From a virus: a stretch of DNA of 64,000 nucleotides. The stretch is from IMG/VR virus record IMGVR_UViG_3300045963_000147, positions 4,750-68,749 of that record, one strand, 5' to 3'. Below, in pieces: positions 27,265-37,289 of the stretch; positions within the stretch are counted from its first letter, which is position 1, and each line of letters begins with the position of its first letter. The notes below the pieces were generated by a model. That model saw nothing but the letters and a program-made list of their open reading frames with translations. It did not search any database and had not been told where the DNA came from. Both the position numbers and the translations under genes were made by a program.

Positions 27265-28410
27265 ATGGCCGTTACCAATTTCTCGCTGCTCACGTCCGAG
27301 CAGAAGACCGTGTGGTCCATGGACCTGTGGAAGCAGGCCCGCAACATGAGCTTCGTCAACAAGTTCCTGGGCAAAGGCCCGAACTCGCTGATCCAGCACA
27401 TCACCGAATTGAAGAAGTCCGAGAAGGGCGCCCGCGCTGTCATCACGCTGCTGGCCGACCTGACCGGTGACGGCGTCGCCGGGGACCGCACCCTGGAAGG
27501 CAACGAAGAAGCGATGCAGACCTTCGATCAGGTCATCCGCATCGACCAGTTGCGCCACGCCAACCGCCACGAAGGCAAGATGGCCGACCAGAAGTCGGTG
27601 GTCGAATTCCGCGGCAACAGCCGCGACGTGCTGGCCTACTGGCTGGCCGACCGCATCGACCAGATGGCCTTCAGCACCCTCGGTGGCCGCAGCTTCGCCA
27701 CCCGCCCGAACGGCTCGACCCGCGTCGGCAGCGACCTGGGCAACCTGGAGTTCGCCGCCGATGTGACCGCGCCGTCCACCAAGCGCATGCTGCGCTGGGA
27801 CAACGTGAACAAGGTGCTGAAGGACAGCTCGTCGGGCAGCAACACCAGCTCGGCGATCGTCAACACCGGTGCCGTCGCCGGCAGCGACTTCCCGGCGTGG
27901 CAGACCTTCGTTCAGCTCAAGGCCTACGCCAAGGACCGCTACATCCGTGGCGTGACGGGTGAGGGCGGCGAAGAGACGTACCACGCCTTCCTGACCCCGC
28001 AGGCGTTCGCCAAGCTGAAGGCCGACAACGACTACAACCTGAACCTGCGCCACTCGATCCAGACCGACAAGAACAGCAGCCTGTTCACCGGTTCGAGCGT
28101 CAAGATCGACGGCATCTACCTGCACGAGTTCCGGCACGTGCCGAACGTGTCGGCCGGCATCAGCGGCACGAATATGTACGGCTCGGGCCTGAACCTGCCG
28201 GGCTCGCAGATTCTGTTCTGCGGCGCCCAGTCACTCGGCATGGCCGACATCGGCGCACCGGACTGGAACGAGAAGGGCTTCGACTACGAGAACAGCCAGG
28301 GCATCGCCATCGGCAAGATTCTCGGTTTCCTGAAGCCCAAGTTCGGGACCATCTACGAAGCGAACACCGTCGAAGACTTCGGCGTGCTGTCCTGCTACGT
28401 CGCTCAATAA
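27265..28410 (+). CDS. Major capsid protein (N4-gp56/DUF4043-like)
   Basis: GGAGG RBS; GDRTLEGNEE, IRIDQLRHA, LAYWLADRIDQ, LFCGAQSLG. Confidence 0.92.
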   Translation: MAVTNFSLLTSEQKTVWSMDLWKQARNMSFVNKFLGKGPNSLIQHITELKKSEKGARAVITLLADLTGDGVAGDRTLEGNEEAMQTFDQVIRIDQLRHANRHEGKMADQKSVVEFRGNSRDVLAYWLADRIDQMAFSTLGGRSFATRPNGSTRVGSDLGNLEFAADVTAPSTKRMLRWDNVNKVLKDSSSGSNTSSAIVNTGAVAGSDFPAWQTFVQLKAYAKDRYIRGVTGEGGEETYHAFLTPQAFAKLKADNDYNLNLRHSIQTDKNSSLFTGSSVKIDGIYLHEFRHVPNVSAGISGTNMYGSGLNLPGSQILFCGAQSLGMADIGAPDWNEKGFDYENSQGIAIGKILGFLKPKFGTIYEANTVEDFGVLSCYVAQ

Positions 28411-28422
28411 GGAGAGCACGCC

Positions 28423-28920
28423 ATGACCAAGCTCACTGCCGCTCGCGGCTCGCAATACCTCCTGGAGCAGGAGTTCACCTTCAACTGGAACAACTGGGTC
28501 GTCGACTCGGCGGACCTGACGAAGAAGACTCTCGGCTCGACGGTGGCTCTGGCCACCGACCCGAACGAGACGGGCCTGCTCGGCCCGGTCGCCAACACGA
28601 TCACCTTCGACGGCCTGAACCTGCCGCCCGGCGCGGTCATCATGGGCGGCGCGGTGATCGTCGAGACGGCCTACGCCGGCTCGACCGCAGCGACGGTCTC
28701 GGTGGGCATCACCGGCTCGCTGACCACGCTGGCCAACGCGGTGGACATGAAGACCGTGGCCCGTACCGCGTTGACGCTGACGTCGCCGCTCCTGTGCAAC
28801 ACGGGGACCAACGTGCGCTTGACCATCGCCTACACGGTCGCCAACGCGACCGCCGGCAAGGTGCGCGTGCGCGTCGACTACACGATCGACGGTCGCGTCA
28901 ACGAAGTCCAGGCCTCCTGA
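28423..28920 (+). CDS. Putative capsid decoration protein
   Basis: Beta-rich, LPPGAVIMGG..VETAY, TAGKVRV; directly after the capsid gene. Confidence 0.7.
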   Translation: MTKLTAARGSQYLLEQEFTFNWNNWVVDSADLTKKTLGSTVALATDPNETGLLGPVANTITFDGLNLPPGAVIMGGAVIVETAYAGSTAATVSVGITGSLTTLANAVDMKTVARTALTLTSPLLCNTGTNVRLTIAYTVANATAGKVRVRVDYTIDGRVNEVQAS

Positions 28921-28941
28921 TCGCAGGGTGCCCTGACCGCA

Positions 28942-28969
28942 AAGAACGGGGCCTGACGGCCCCGTTCTT
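28942..28969 (+). terminator. Hairpin terminator after capsid genes
   Basis: AAGAACGGGGCC-tgac-GGCCCCGTTCTT. Confidence 0.7.
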
Positions 28970-29004
28970 CCATCCCCTCCACCACAACCCTCAAGGACAA
29001 CACG

Positions 29005-29376
29005 ATGCGCTTCATGCTCCACCGCAACCGGACGATCGCCTCCACCTGTGGCATCTCCATCGAATTCACCAAGGGCGAGTTCCACCTCGTCCCGCCGGCC
29101 ATGTACGCCGAGGTCATCGCCGCAGGCGGTGTGCCCGAGTCCGAGCTGGCCGACGACGAGCAGCCGTTGAAGCCTGCCACGCCCGAAGCCGCCGCCGAGC
29201 GCGAGAAGGCGCTCTTCACCGCCTTCACGACCATCGCCAAGCGCAACGCCCGCAACGACTTCACCGCCGGCGGCATGCCGCACCTGAGCGTGCTGTCGAA
29301 GCTGATCACCTTCGAAATCGAGGCGAAGGAACGCGACGCTGCCTGGACGAAGTTTCAGTCCGCCGCCAACGAGTAA
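29005..29376 (+). CDS. Virion-associated hypothetical protein
   Basis: DFTAGGMPHL...ERDAAW. Confidence 0.75.
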   Translation: MRFMLHRNRTIASTCGISIEFTKGEFHLVPPAMYAEVIAAGGVPESELADDEQPLKPATPEAAAEREKALFTAFTTIAKRNARNDFTAGGMPHLSVLSKLITFEIEAKERDAAWTKFQSAANE

Positions 29377-29379
29377 GCC

Positions 29380-30036
29380 ATGACGTCGTCCGACCTCCTC
29401 GCCCTGTTCCGCTCGGAGATAGCCGATACGGCTGAGCCGTACCTGTGGAGCGACGAGGACGTGTTCGGCTACATGGACGACGCGCAGACGATGTTCTGCC
29501 GCAAGACCGACGGCATCCTCGACGCCAGCACCGACGCGGTGACGAAGATCGCCGTCGTGCCCGGCAGCGACCGCATCGCGCTGCACCAGAAGATCAAGCG
29601 CATCCGCGCCATCACCCGCGAAGACACGGGGCGCGGCATCGACATCATCAACCGCGACGACATGGTGCTGCGCAAGTGGTACTTCGACGGCACGGTCGGC
29701 ATCGTCAAGGCCCTGGTGATCGGCGTCGAGGCGCACAAGGCGCGCGTCTTCCCCGTGTCGAGCGAGACGGTGAACCTCCGCCTGGAGGTGCAGCGCCTGC
29801 CGCTCATCACCATCACCTCGGACGGCGATCAGGCCTTCGAGATTGACGACGAACACCACCGCCATCTGCTGCACTGGATGAAGAGCTTGGCCTACATGAA
29901 GCAGGACTCCGAGACCTTCAACCGCACGAAGGCCGAGGAGTTCGAGACGAAGGCCCTGGCGTACTTCGCTCAGGTCAAGGAAGAAGAGCGCCGCAAGGCT
30001 TTCAAGGTCCGAACCGTCGCCTACGGCGGCATCTGA
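29380..30036 (+). CDS. Head-tail adaptor protein
   Basis: FRSEIAD..EPYLWSDEDVFGYMDDAQ, EIDDEHHRHLL. Confidence 0.8.
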   Translation: MTSSDLLALFRSEIADTAEPYLWSDEDVFGYMDDAQTMFCRKTDGILDASTDAVTKIAVVPGSDRIALHQKIKRIRAITREDTGRGIDIINRDDMVLRKWYFDGTVGIVKALVIGVEAHKARVFPVSSETVNLRLEVQRLPLITITSDGDQAFEIDDEHHRHLLHWMKSLAYMKQDSETFNRTKAEEFETKALAYFAQVKEEERRKAFKVRTVAYGGI

Positions 30037-30075
30037 AATCGAAGATCGAAGAACGATCGAACTTAGGAGCCCACC

Positions 30076-30555
30076 ATGGCCGCTTTTACCGACTTTGCCG
30101 AAAACAAGCTGATCGACTGGTTCTTCCGAGCCCAGGCCATCGGCATCACGGGCGCCACAGCGGCTGCGGCCACCGGCCCCGCCACGCTGTACGTCGCGCT
30201 GTTCACCGCGAACCCGACCGACACCGGCGGCGGTACCGAAGTGACCGGCGGCAGCTACGCCCGCGTGGCCGTGACGTCGAGCTTGACGGCCTGGGCCGCG
30301 ACGCAGTCGACGAACCCGACCCCGACGAACACGGCCAGCACCGGTACCAGCGGCACGACGTTCAACAGCGCCGTGGTCACGTTCCCGGCGCCGACCGCCA
30401 ACTGGGGAACGATCACCGGCTTCGCGGTGTTCGACGCCACCACGGCCGGCAACCCGCTGTTCTACAGCGCGCTGACGACCAGCAAGACCGTGAACAACGG
30501 CGACGCGGCACCGAGCTTCGCAGTCGGCGCGCTCACCTTCCAGATCGACAACTGA
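30076..30555 (+). CDS. Fibre subunit protein (module 1)
   Basis: FAENKLID, LYVALFTANPTD.GGGTEVTGGSYARVAV, TFPAPTANWGTITGFAVFDA..AGN. Confidence 0.8.
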   Translation: MAAFTDFAENKLIDWFFRAQAIGITGATAAAATGPATLYVALFTANPTDTGGGTEVTGGSYARVAVTSSLTAWAATQSTNPTPTNTASTGTSGTTFNSAVVTFPAPTANWGTITGFAVFDATTAGNPLFYSALTTSKTVNNGDAAPSFAVGALTFQIDN

Positions 30556-30768
30556 TCGTGACGGGTGGCCGCGTACCACTTGACCACCCGCTGCTCGAAG
30601 CCATGGCCCAAAAGCGCGACAACTACTTGGAGAGGCACCTGCACCGCGAGGCACACGGCGTCGCTACATCCATGAGCATCACCCTGGCATGGCTGAAGAA
30701 GCAGAGCAGGGCGCCGAATCTGCACTCGGGATTCGCGCCGCTCTCTGACCCTGAACTGAAGGACTGAA

Positions 30769-31311
30769 ATGCTCACCACCGCCCAACTCTCGGTCATCAA
30801 GGCCGCGATCCTGGCCGAGACGAATGCCGCCGTCGTCGCCGCCCGCGCAGCCGGCGACATGGGCATCCTGGCCACGTTCTACAACGCAGCCAGCGCCGTC
30901 ACAGTCTGGCGGACCTACACCAGCGGCGACGTGATCCGCAATGCAATCGTGTGGGCCAACATGACGCCAAACATGGCGCCCGACGGGACGACGCTCTGGA
31001 CCCAGCGGTCCTACTACTCAGCCGCCAAGCAGCTTAGCTTGCAAACGCTCGTTCAGGGCCAGTCGCAGATCGCGTCTGGCATGGTGAACGTCCGCGTCGG
31101 CCTGCAGGATTGCCTGACCGCGCTGCCGACAGGAAGCACGGGCCAGAACATCGCGGCAGGTTGGACGGCCGTGCAGACGGCAATGCAGCGTCAGGCCACA
31201 GTCGGGGAAGCCCTCTTCATCAACACCGGCACTGGCGCTGCCCCGTGGGATCTGGTGTGGGAGGGCGTGCTCGGCGTGAATGACCTGTCAAACGCGCTGA
31301 ACGGGGCCTGA
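30769..31311 (+). CDS. Virion fibre-associated protein
   Basis: MLTTAQLSVIKAAI..., in the structural operon. Confidence 0.7.
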   Translation: MLTTAQLSVIKAAILAETNAAVVAARAAGDMGILATFYNAASAVTVWRTYTSGDVIRNAIVWANMTPNMAPDGTTLWTQRSYYSAAKQLSLQTLVQGQSQIASGMVNVRVGLQDCLTALPTGSTGQNIAAGWTAVQTAMQRQATVGEALFINTGTGAAPWDLVWEGVLGVNDLSNALNGA

Positions 31312-31312
31312 T

Positions 31313-31741
31313 ATGCCGACGCCCATCTACCGCCAAGCGGCAACAGCCGTCACCAGCGGGTCGCTCTCGGCGACCAACAACGCATGGTCTGGAGCCCTGC
31401 GCGTGCAGCAGTCTACGCTGTCCATCGCTGGCGCGCTGCTGGGCGACTTTCGCATCACGGGCGGCACATGGTCGGGTGCGCCCACTGGCGGCAGCATTCA
31501 ACTGGTGGCCGTGGACCGAGACTTTGCTGGGACGGCAGGCGGCACGCCGGGCAGCACCATTCCGCCGCGCTTCGTCGGGACGTTTACGCCGGCAGGGCAG
31601 ACAACAGCTACCTTCGGTGCGCTCGCCCTCAACAGCGTGGCCCTGTCGCCCGACTGCGACTATTACGTCTACAACAACGGCACGGGGGTATCGCTCAGCA
31701 CGTTCACCCTGACCTGCACGCCGTGGACGCCGGGCACCTAA
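31313..31741 (+). CDS. Virion fibre-associated beta-sandwich protein
   Basis: Thr/Gly-rich, YVYNNGTGVSL. Confidence 0.7.
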   Translation: MPTPIYRQAATAVTSGSLSATNNAWSGALRVQQSTLSIAGALLGDFRITGGTWSGAPTGGSIQLVAVDRDFAGTAGGTPGSTIPPRFVGTFTPAGQTTATFGALALNSVALSPDCDYYVYNNGTGVSLSTFTLTCTPWTPGT

Positions 31742-32872
31742 ATGCCGGCTGACCTGGGTCAATTCATCTGGCCGGATGTGGCGCAGGGGCGTCAGCCACA
31801 GGGTTCGGTCCAGCTGAAACCAGACTTCCCGTGGGCGCATCTGTGGTTGCCGTCGCTTGGCTATAGCGACTTGATCACGGGATACACGGCAACGCAAGGG
31901 TTTGGTGGCCAAGGTCTTTCACCCTCGCAGAATGGAGTCGCCTACGGCAAAGGGACCGGCCAGGGCGACGTGTACTTTCTGACAGACGGGGGGCCTGGAG
32001 CGGCGATACCCCAGGGGCCAATGACGCTGGTGATCCAGGGATATTCGCTGGATACGGCGCAACAGGCGACGTTCAACTACACCACCACCGTACCGGTGAG
32101 ACTGTTCGGTGTTTATTTCCCTGCCAATGACGGCAAGGCGTACATCCAGTACGGAGGGGGCACTGAGGGGTCCACGCAGATCTCATTGACGCCACCGGCC
32201 TTAAGCCCCAACGATGTGTGGGTCTACACGGTCGGCGCACGCGGAATGGAGATTTGGCAAAACAGCATCTTGCTCGGGTCCAACGGCGGGAACCCGACGC
32301 GCACGAATAGTGGCATCGACAGTTGGGGCCTGACGCTGAACGTCGGCGGATTGATAACGGCGGCGAGTCGCGTGTCCTTCATCGGCCTCGTCAATTCGCA
32401 GCTTTCCGCGAAAGAGATCGCCGCCCTCGGCGCGAGTCCTGCGGAACTGTACCGAGCCGTATTCGCCACCCCCGTCCTGCTCTTCGCAGCAGGCATCACC
32501 GGCACCATCAGCCGCCCCGGCAGCGATGTCTCGGTGAGCGGCTGGACGTTCACGGGTGCGAGCCTGAGCGCCAGCATCAACGAGGCGACCTTCAGCGACG
32601 CCAGTTACGCCCAGGCGGCATACGGCGTGGCCGGCGGCATCACCGATCTGGACATCCCCCGCGCACCGGGCAACCACGTCATCAACTTCCGCGGCGAGTA
32701 TCTGACCGGCTTCGCAACGAGCGGCCAATTCAGATTCACGCTGATGGACAGCAGCAATACCAGCCTGGGCGTGAGCGCGTGGCAATCCGTCAGCAGCAGC
32801 GTCGTGCAATACGACGTGCCCATCACGATCAGTGGCACTGCCACCCGAATCAAGATTGAGATCCAAGCATGA
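31742..32872 (+). CDS. Putative lectin/LamG-like receptor-binding protein
   Basis: Beta-rich; EIWQN and QLSAKEIAAL resemble a ConA/LamG C-terminus; lower-GC core. Confidence 0.55.
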   Translation: MPADLGQFIWPDVAQGRQPQGSVQLKPDFPWAHLWLPSLGYSDLITGYTATQGFGGQGLSPSQNGVAYGKGTGQGDVYFLTDGGPGAAIPQGPMTLVIQGYSLDTAQQATFNYTTTVPVRLFGVYFPANDGKAYIQYGGGTEGSTQISLTPPALSPNDVWVYTVGARGMEIWQNSILLGSNGGNPTRTNSGIDSWGLTLNVGGLITAASRVSFIGLVNSQLSAKEIAALGASPAELYRAVFATPVLLFAAGITGTISRPGSDVSVSGWTFTGASLSASINEATFSDASYAQAAYGVAGGITDLDIPRAPGNHVINFRGEYLTGFATSGQFRFTLMDSSNTSLGVSAWQSVSSSVVQYDVPITISGTATRIKIEIQA

Positions 32873-34500
32873 CCGCAACCGTCACCACACTCAATGCTGG
32901 CTCGGGCGGCGCGTCCGTTCTGGTCGATTCCCTCTCCACTGTCGATGGCGGTGCTGCACCGGGCAGTTCCATTGCGCAGATGGTGAAAATCGGCTTCGGC
33001 GCAGCCAGCGACTTCAAGACCCCAAGCACCGCCACGCCGCTGCCCACGTCAGCGGGGTCAATGCTCACCACAGTACCGGCCGCTGCGGAGCCCGCTAACC
33101 CGGTGCGTGCGGTCGGCGGCGACCAGTGGGTGTGCTCGTTTGCTGGCTCGGGTTCGTCGGTTCTATCGACTGACCTCACAACGCCCATCGTCGGCACGGG
33201 AGTCACGTACAACCAGACGTCTGGCTCGCTGAACATCCTGACGGGCACGACCGTCAATGCCGAGTGGCTGAGCCGGTCCACCGTGAGCTTCAAGGCCACG
33301 ATGCGGTTGCGCGCGTCCATCGTGGCATCGCAGCGTATCGCCAACCAGAACTTGCAGATCGTGCTGGCCGACCTGATCGGCGAGGGTCTGGCCTTCACGA
33401 TGGTCAGTGCGACCCAGGTCAACGTGACGAAGACGGCTCACGGTTTCACGACACAGAACGTCGGCCAGTTCATGAACCTCGCCGGCATCACGACTGTCGC
33501 CGGGGTTCCGGGGCGTTACGCGATTGCCTCGATCATCGACGTGAACACCATTCAGTTCACTGTTGCTGCGTGGCCGGCGACGGGCAGCGGCACCCTGACC
33601 CTGTTCGGCTGGAACAGCGTCCGCAATCTGTTCAACGGCACCACAGCCACTGCCATGGCGTGGGACTCGCAACGCAAGGGCTGGGCCACTGGCGACACCA
33701 CCGCGACGATCAACACCACCGCGACGCCCGGCACGATCATCGAATGCGACCTCAACGGCCGCGACGCATTCTTGCAAGACTCGCTGCGGGCGACGAACAC
33801 GAGTTCGAACTTCACGACCCGCGCCAGCCGATACGAGAATCTGCCCGACGAAGACACGTCGCTGTACCTGTGGGTCTGGTCCTACAACGGCTCCACAGCG
33901 CCGGCCAGCACGACGACCTGGACCCTTGGCTTTGTTGCTGTCGAGACGTTCGCAAACACTGACGTGTACCTGCGTGGCATCCGCACCCAAGGCACTGCAA
34001 ACACACTGACCATCAACGCGCTGATCGCTGCGGCACAGACTTTGGCAACGGTGACGACGGTCAACACAGTCAATACGCTGACCACGATCACCACGGCGCC
34101 CGCATTGGTCGCCAGCACTGCGGCCATCGGTGACGTCGGCATCCAGATTCGGGCCAACGCGACGGGTGCGGCAACCGTCTTCAAGTTCACCGCCGCCGCG
34201 ACAGCCAACCCTGCATCGGTCAAGGCAACGGCGGGCCGTGTGGTGGGCTGGAACCTCTACAACACCACCGCCGCGATCAAAGTGTTCAGGTTCTACAACC
34301 TTGCCGTCGCACCAACCGTGGGTACCTCGGTGCCAACTTTCGTCGTCCCCATCGCTCCCAACTCGGCGTCGAATGTTTCGATCCCCGTCGGTATTAGCTT
34401 TGCCACGGGCATCGCAATCGCCTGCACGGGCGCCATTGCCGACCTTGACACAACGGTAACCGCAGCCAACGACGTGCTCGGCGAGATCTTCTACGCCTGA
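32869..34500 (+). CDS. Tail/fibre protein
   Basis: 543 aa Thr-rich; C-terminal VKATAGRVVGWNLYN...FYN...PTVGT...ISFATGIAIA module. Confidence 0.75.
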   Translation: MTATVTTLNAGSGGASVLVDSLSTVDGGAAPGSSIAQMVKIGFGAASDFKTPSTATPLPTSAGSMLTTVPAAAEPANPVRAVGGDQWVCSFAGSGSSVLSTDLTTPIVGTGVTYNQTSGSLNILTGTTVNAEWLSRSTVSFKATMRLRASIVASQRIANQNLQIVLADLIGEGLAFTMVSATQVNVTKTAHGFTTQNVGQFMNLAGITTVAGVPGRYAIASIIDVNTIQFTVAAWPATGSGTLTLFGWNSVRNLFNGTTATAMAWDSQRKGWATGDTTATINTTATPGTIIECDLNGRDAFLQDSLRATNTSSNFTTRASRYENLPDEDTSLYLWVWSYNGSTAPASTTTWTLGFVAVETFANTDVYLRGIRTQGTANTLTINALIAAAQTLATVTTVNTVNTLTTITTAPALVASTAAIGDVGIQIRANATGAATVFKFTAAATANPASVKATAGRVVGWNLYNTTAAIKVFRFYNLAVAPTVGTSVPTFVVPIAPNSASNVSIPVGISFATGIAIACTGAIADLDTTVTAANDVLGEIFYA

Positions 34501-34506
34501 CGCGCC

Positions 34507-36696
34507 ATGCTGCTGACGCTACTTCAGCTAGATCTTGCGACAGCCGGCGGTGGCGCTGCCGCCCTGGCCGCTACGCCCGCAGCCGTCGCCACGGCCACGT
34601 CAGCCCTGTCGACGTCGATCACCCTTGTCGCCGCGCCCGCAGCCGTCGCCACGGCCACGTCAGCCCTGTCGACGTCGATCACCCTTGTCGCCGCGCCTAC
34701 CGCCGCAGCGACTGCCACCGCAGCGCTGACGACGAGCATCAAGCTCGCCGCGACTCCAGCAGCCGTCGCCACGGCCACGACGGCGCTGTCGACTGCCATC
34801 AAACTCGCCGCTGCGCCCGCAGCCGCAGCGTCCGCCACCTCGGCACTGACGACGGCCATCAAGCTCGCCGCAGCACCTGCTGCTGTCGCAACCGCCACCT
34901 CGGACCTCACGGCGAGCGGTGCGGCTGCGCAGGCGCGCATCACGTGGCTTCAGATCGCGCCGTCCGCACCCGCAGCGGCGCTGGCAGCTACCCCGTCTTC
35001 ATCGGCGACGGCCACAGCGGCACTGACGACAAGCATTACTCTCGCCGCCGCACCCGCAGCCGTTGCGACTGCCACCTCGGCCCTGACCGCGTCGATCCAG
35101 CTCGCCGCCGCACCCGCAGCCGTTGCGACTGCCACCTCGGCCCTGACCGCGTCGATCCAGCTCGCCGCCGCACCCGCAGCCGTTGCGACTGCCACCTCGG
35201 CCCTGACCGCGTCGATCCAGCTCGCCGCCGCGCCCGCAGCCGTGGCCACGGCAACATCGGCTCTGTCGACGGCCATCACCATGGCGGCTGCGCCCGCAGC
35301 CGTTGCGACATCGACCGCAGCCATCACCACCGCGATCCAGCTCGCGACCAGCCCGGCAGCAGTCGCTACGGCCACTGCTGCGTTCGCTGGCGGTGCTGCG
35401 GCTCTCGCTGCCGATGCCGCTGCTGCCGCGACGGCCGCCGCTGCACTCAGCACGACGATCACCCTGGCTGCGGCCCCAGCGGCTGCGGCTACGGCCACGG
35501 CCACGCTGACCAGCACCTCGGCCGCGCTGGCGAGTGCCGCCCAGGCTCAGGCCTCGGCGACCTCAGCCCTCACCACGGCGATCACCCTCGCCGCGAATGC
35601 CCAGGCCCAGGCAACTGCCGTCGCAGCGATGGCCGGCAACGCGGCAGCGCTGGCCTCGGACGCCGCTGCCACGGCAACAGGCGCTGCCGCCCTGACGACG
35701 GCGATCAGGCTCGCTGCCGCGCCCGCAGCCACCTCGACGGCCGCGGGCACGATCATCGGCTCTGCCGCAGCCCTGGCCGCTGCACCCGCAGCCCAGGCGA
35801 CGGGCACTGCCGCGCTGACGACAGCGATCCAGCTCGCAGCCACTGCTGCTGCCCAGGCGACCGCCACCCCGACGCTGACCTCGACGAGCGCCGCCCTGGC
35901 AGCGGCAGCAGCGGGGCAGGGCACGGCCACGGGTGCCCTGACGACGGTCATCGCCCTGGTGGCTGCGCCTGCTGCCGTAGCGACCTCGACCGCAGCCCTG
36001 ACCGCGCCGGTAGGCTTCAACGCAGCGCCTGCTGCCTCGGCCACCGCCACCGCTGCGCTGACGGCCAGCATCCGCCTCGCAGCCGCGCCTGCGGCTGTGG
36101 CGACGGTCACGGTCGACCTCACGGCTCTGCGCCCGATCAACGCCACACCAGCGGCGAGCGCAACGGCCACCGCTGCGCTGACGACGAGCATCCGGGTCGT
36201 TGCCGCGCCGGCAGCGTCGTCGTCTGCCACTGGCGCCCTGACGACGAGCATCCGCTTCGTTGCCCAGGCCCAGGCCCAGGCGACAACCACTGGGACCGTT
36301 TCCGGTCTGGCAGCGAGCTTCGCTGCCTCGGCCATCGCCCAGGCCCAGGCCACGGCAGCGCTGACGACGAACATCACGATGCGCGCGGCGGCAGCGAGCG
36401 CAGTCGCAGCCACGGCCACGCTGTTGACCCAACTGCGCTTCAACGCCGCTGCCACCGCCCAGGCGACCGTGCTGAACGCCTACCTCGGCACCGGCAGCGC
36501 GACGCAGACCGACCGCATCTACACGGTCATTCCGGAGCTGCGCAGCTACCTGCTGCCCGCCGAGAACCGCATCAGCACAGTCGAGCCCGAGCAGCGCAGC
36601 CTACTGCTCGCCGCAGAGGACCGGACCGAACACATCGTCGCGGAGGACCGCGTCTTTGATGCGCCCATCGTGCTGCGCACCCTGACACCCCACTGA
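34507..36696 (+). CDS. Ala/Thr-rich 20-aa-repeat fibre protein
   Basis: About 30 repeats of TSIxLAAAPAAVATATSALT. Confidence 0.85.
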   Translation: MLLTLLQLDLATAGGGAAALAATPAAVATATSALSTSITLVAAPAAVATATSALSTSITLVAAPTAAATATAALTTSIKLAATPAAVATATTALSTAIKLAAAPAAAASATSALTTAIKLAAAPAAVATATSDLTASGAAAQARITWLQIAPSAPAAALAATPSSSATATAALTTSITLAAAPAAVATATSALTASIQLAAAPAAVATATSALTASIQLAAAPAAVATATSALTASIQLAAAPAAVATATSALSTAITMAAAPAAVATSTAAITTAIQLATSPAAVATATAAFAGGAAALAADAAAAATAAAALSTTITLAAAPAAAATATATLTSTSAALASAAQAQASATSALTTAITLAANAQAQATAVAAMAGNAAALASDAAATATGAAALTTAIRLAAAPAATSTAAGTIIGSAAALAAAPAAQATGTAALTTAIQLAATAAAQATATPTLTSTSAALAAAAAGQGTATGALTTVIALVAAPAAVATSTAALTAPVGFNAAPAASATATAALTASIRLAAAPAAVATVTVDLTALRPINATPAASATATAALTTSIRVVAAPAASSSATGALTTSIRFVAQAQAQATTTGTVSGLAASFAASAIAQAQATAALTTNITMRAAAASAVAATATLLTQLRFNAAATAQATVLNAYLGTGSATQTDRIYTVIPELRSYLLPAENRISTVEPEQRSLLLAAEDRTEHIVAEDRVFDAPIVLRTLTPH
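35041..35220 (+). repeat. Three exact 60-bp tandem repeats (a further exact pair at ~34576-34697)
   Basis: Sequence lines 35041, 35101 and 35161 are identical. Confidence 0.95.
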
Positions 36697-36703
36697 GGAC
36701 GCC

Positions 36704-37009
36704 ATGACCGAAACCTACGTCACCGTCGCTGGCAAGCCGACGATCATCAAAGACCCGAACGCGGTCCTCGACTACACGTTCAACTTCACGGACTGGCTCG
36801 CCACGGTGGGCGACACGATCACCTCCGTGACGTTCCCGAACACCGTCGGCGTCACCGTCGCGGGGAGCGGCATCGTGGCTGGAGCAAAGGTCGCTGTCTG
36901 GGTCTCAGGCGGCACGGCCGGCTCACCGGCCTCAGTCACCGCCCGCATCGTGACCGTCGGTGGCCGCACCGACGACCGCACCATCTACTTCAAGATCAAG
37001 GAGCGATGA
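36704..37009 (+). CDS. Fibre adaptor protein
   Basis: KDPNAVLDYTFNFTDWL..GDTI...VWVSGGTAG...GRTDDRTIYFKIKER. Confidence 0.8.
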   Translation: MTETYVTVAGKPTIIKDPNAVLDYTFNFTDWLATVGDTITSVTFPNTVGVTVAGSGIVAGAKVAVWVSGGTAGSPASVTARIVTVGGRTDDRTIYFKIKER

Positions 37010-37010
37010 A

Positions 37011-37289
37011 ATGACTCTCGACCACGAAGACGGTTGGCACCTCGATAAAAAGGTACCGATCAGCATCATCGCAGCCATGCTCGTTCAGCTTGCCGCTGCG
37101 CTGTGGTTTGTCTCCAAGCTCGACGCCCGCGTCATCGCACTGGAGACAGCACTGATCGCACAGCACGAGCGCGACGCGCTCCAGGACAAGGCAAGCAACG
37201 ATTCCGACACGCTGATACGGATGCAGCTCACGCGCATCGACGACAAGCTGGACCGATTGCTTGCCGGCGCACAGAGGAACAAGCCATGA
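37011..37289 (+). CDS. Single-TM + coiled-coil protein (holin/antiholin-like)
   Basis: WHLDKKVPISIIAAMLVQLAAALWF; precedes the endolysin. Confidence 0.7.
   Translation: MTLDHEDGWHLDKKVPISIIAAMLVQLAAALWFVSKLDARVIALETALIAQHERDALQDKASNDSDTLIRMQLTRIDDKLDRLLAGAQRNKP

Noticed and set aside
28231-30654. Long antisense or alternate-frame ORFs (807 aa here; also 47512..49575, 45047..46723, 34944..36659)
   Set aside because: Shadow ORFs caused by high GC3 codon bias over well-supported genes.
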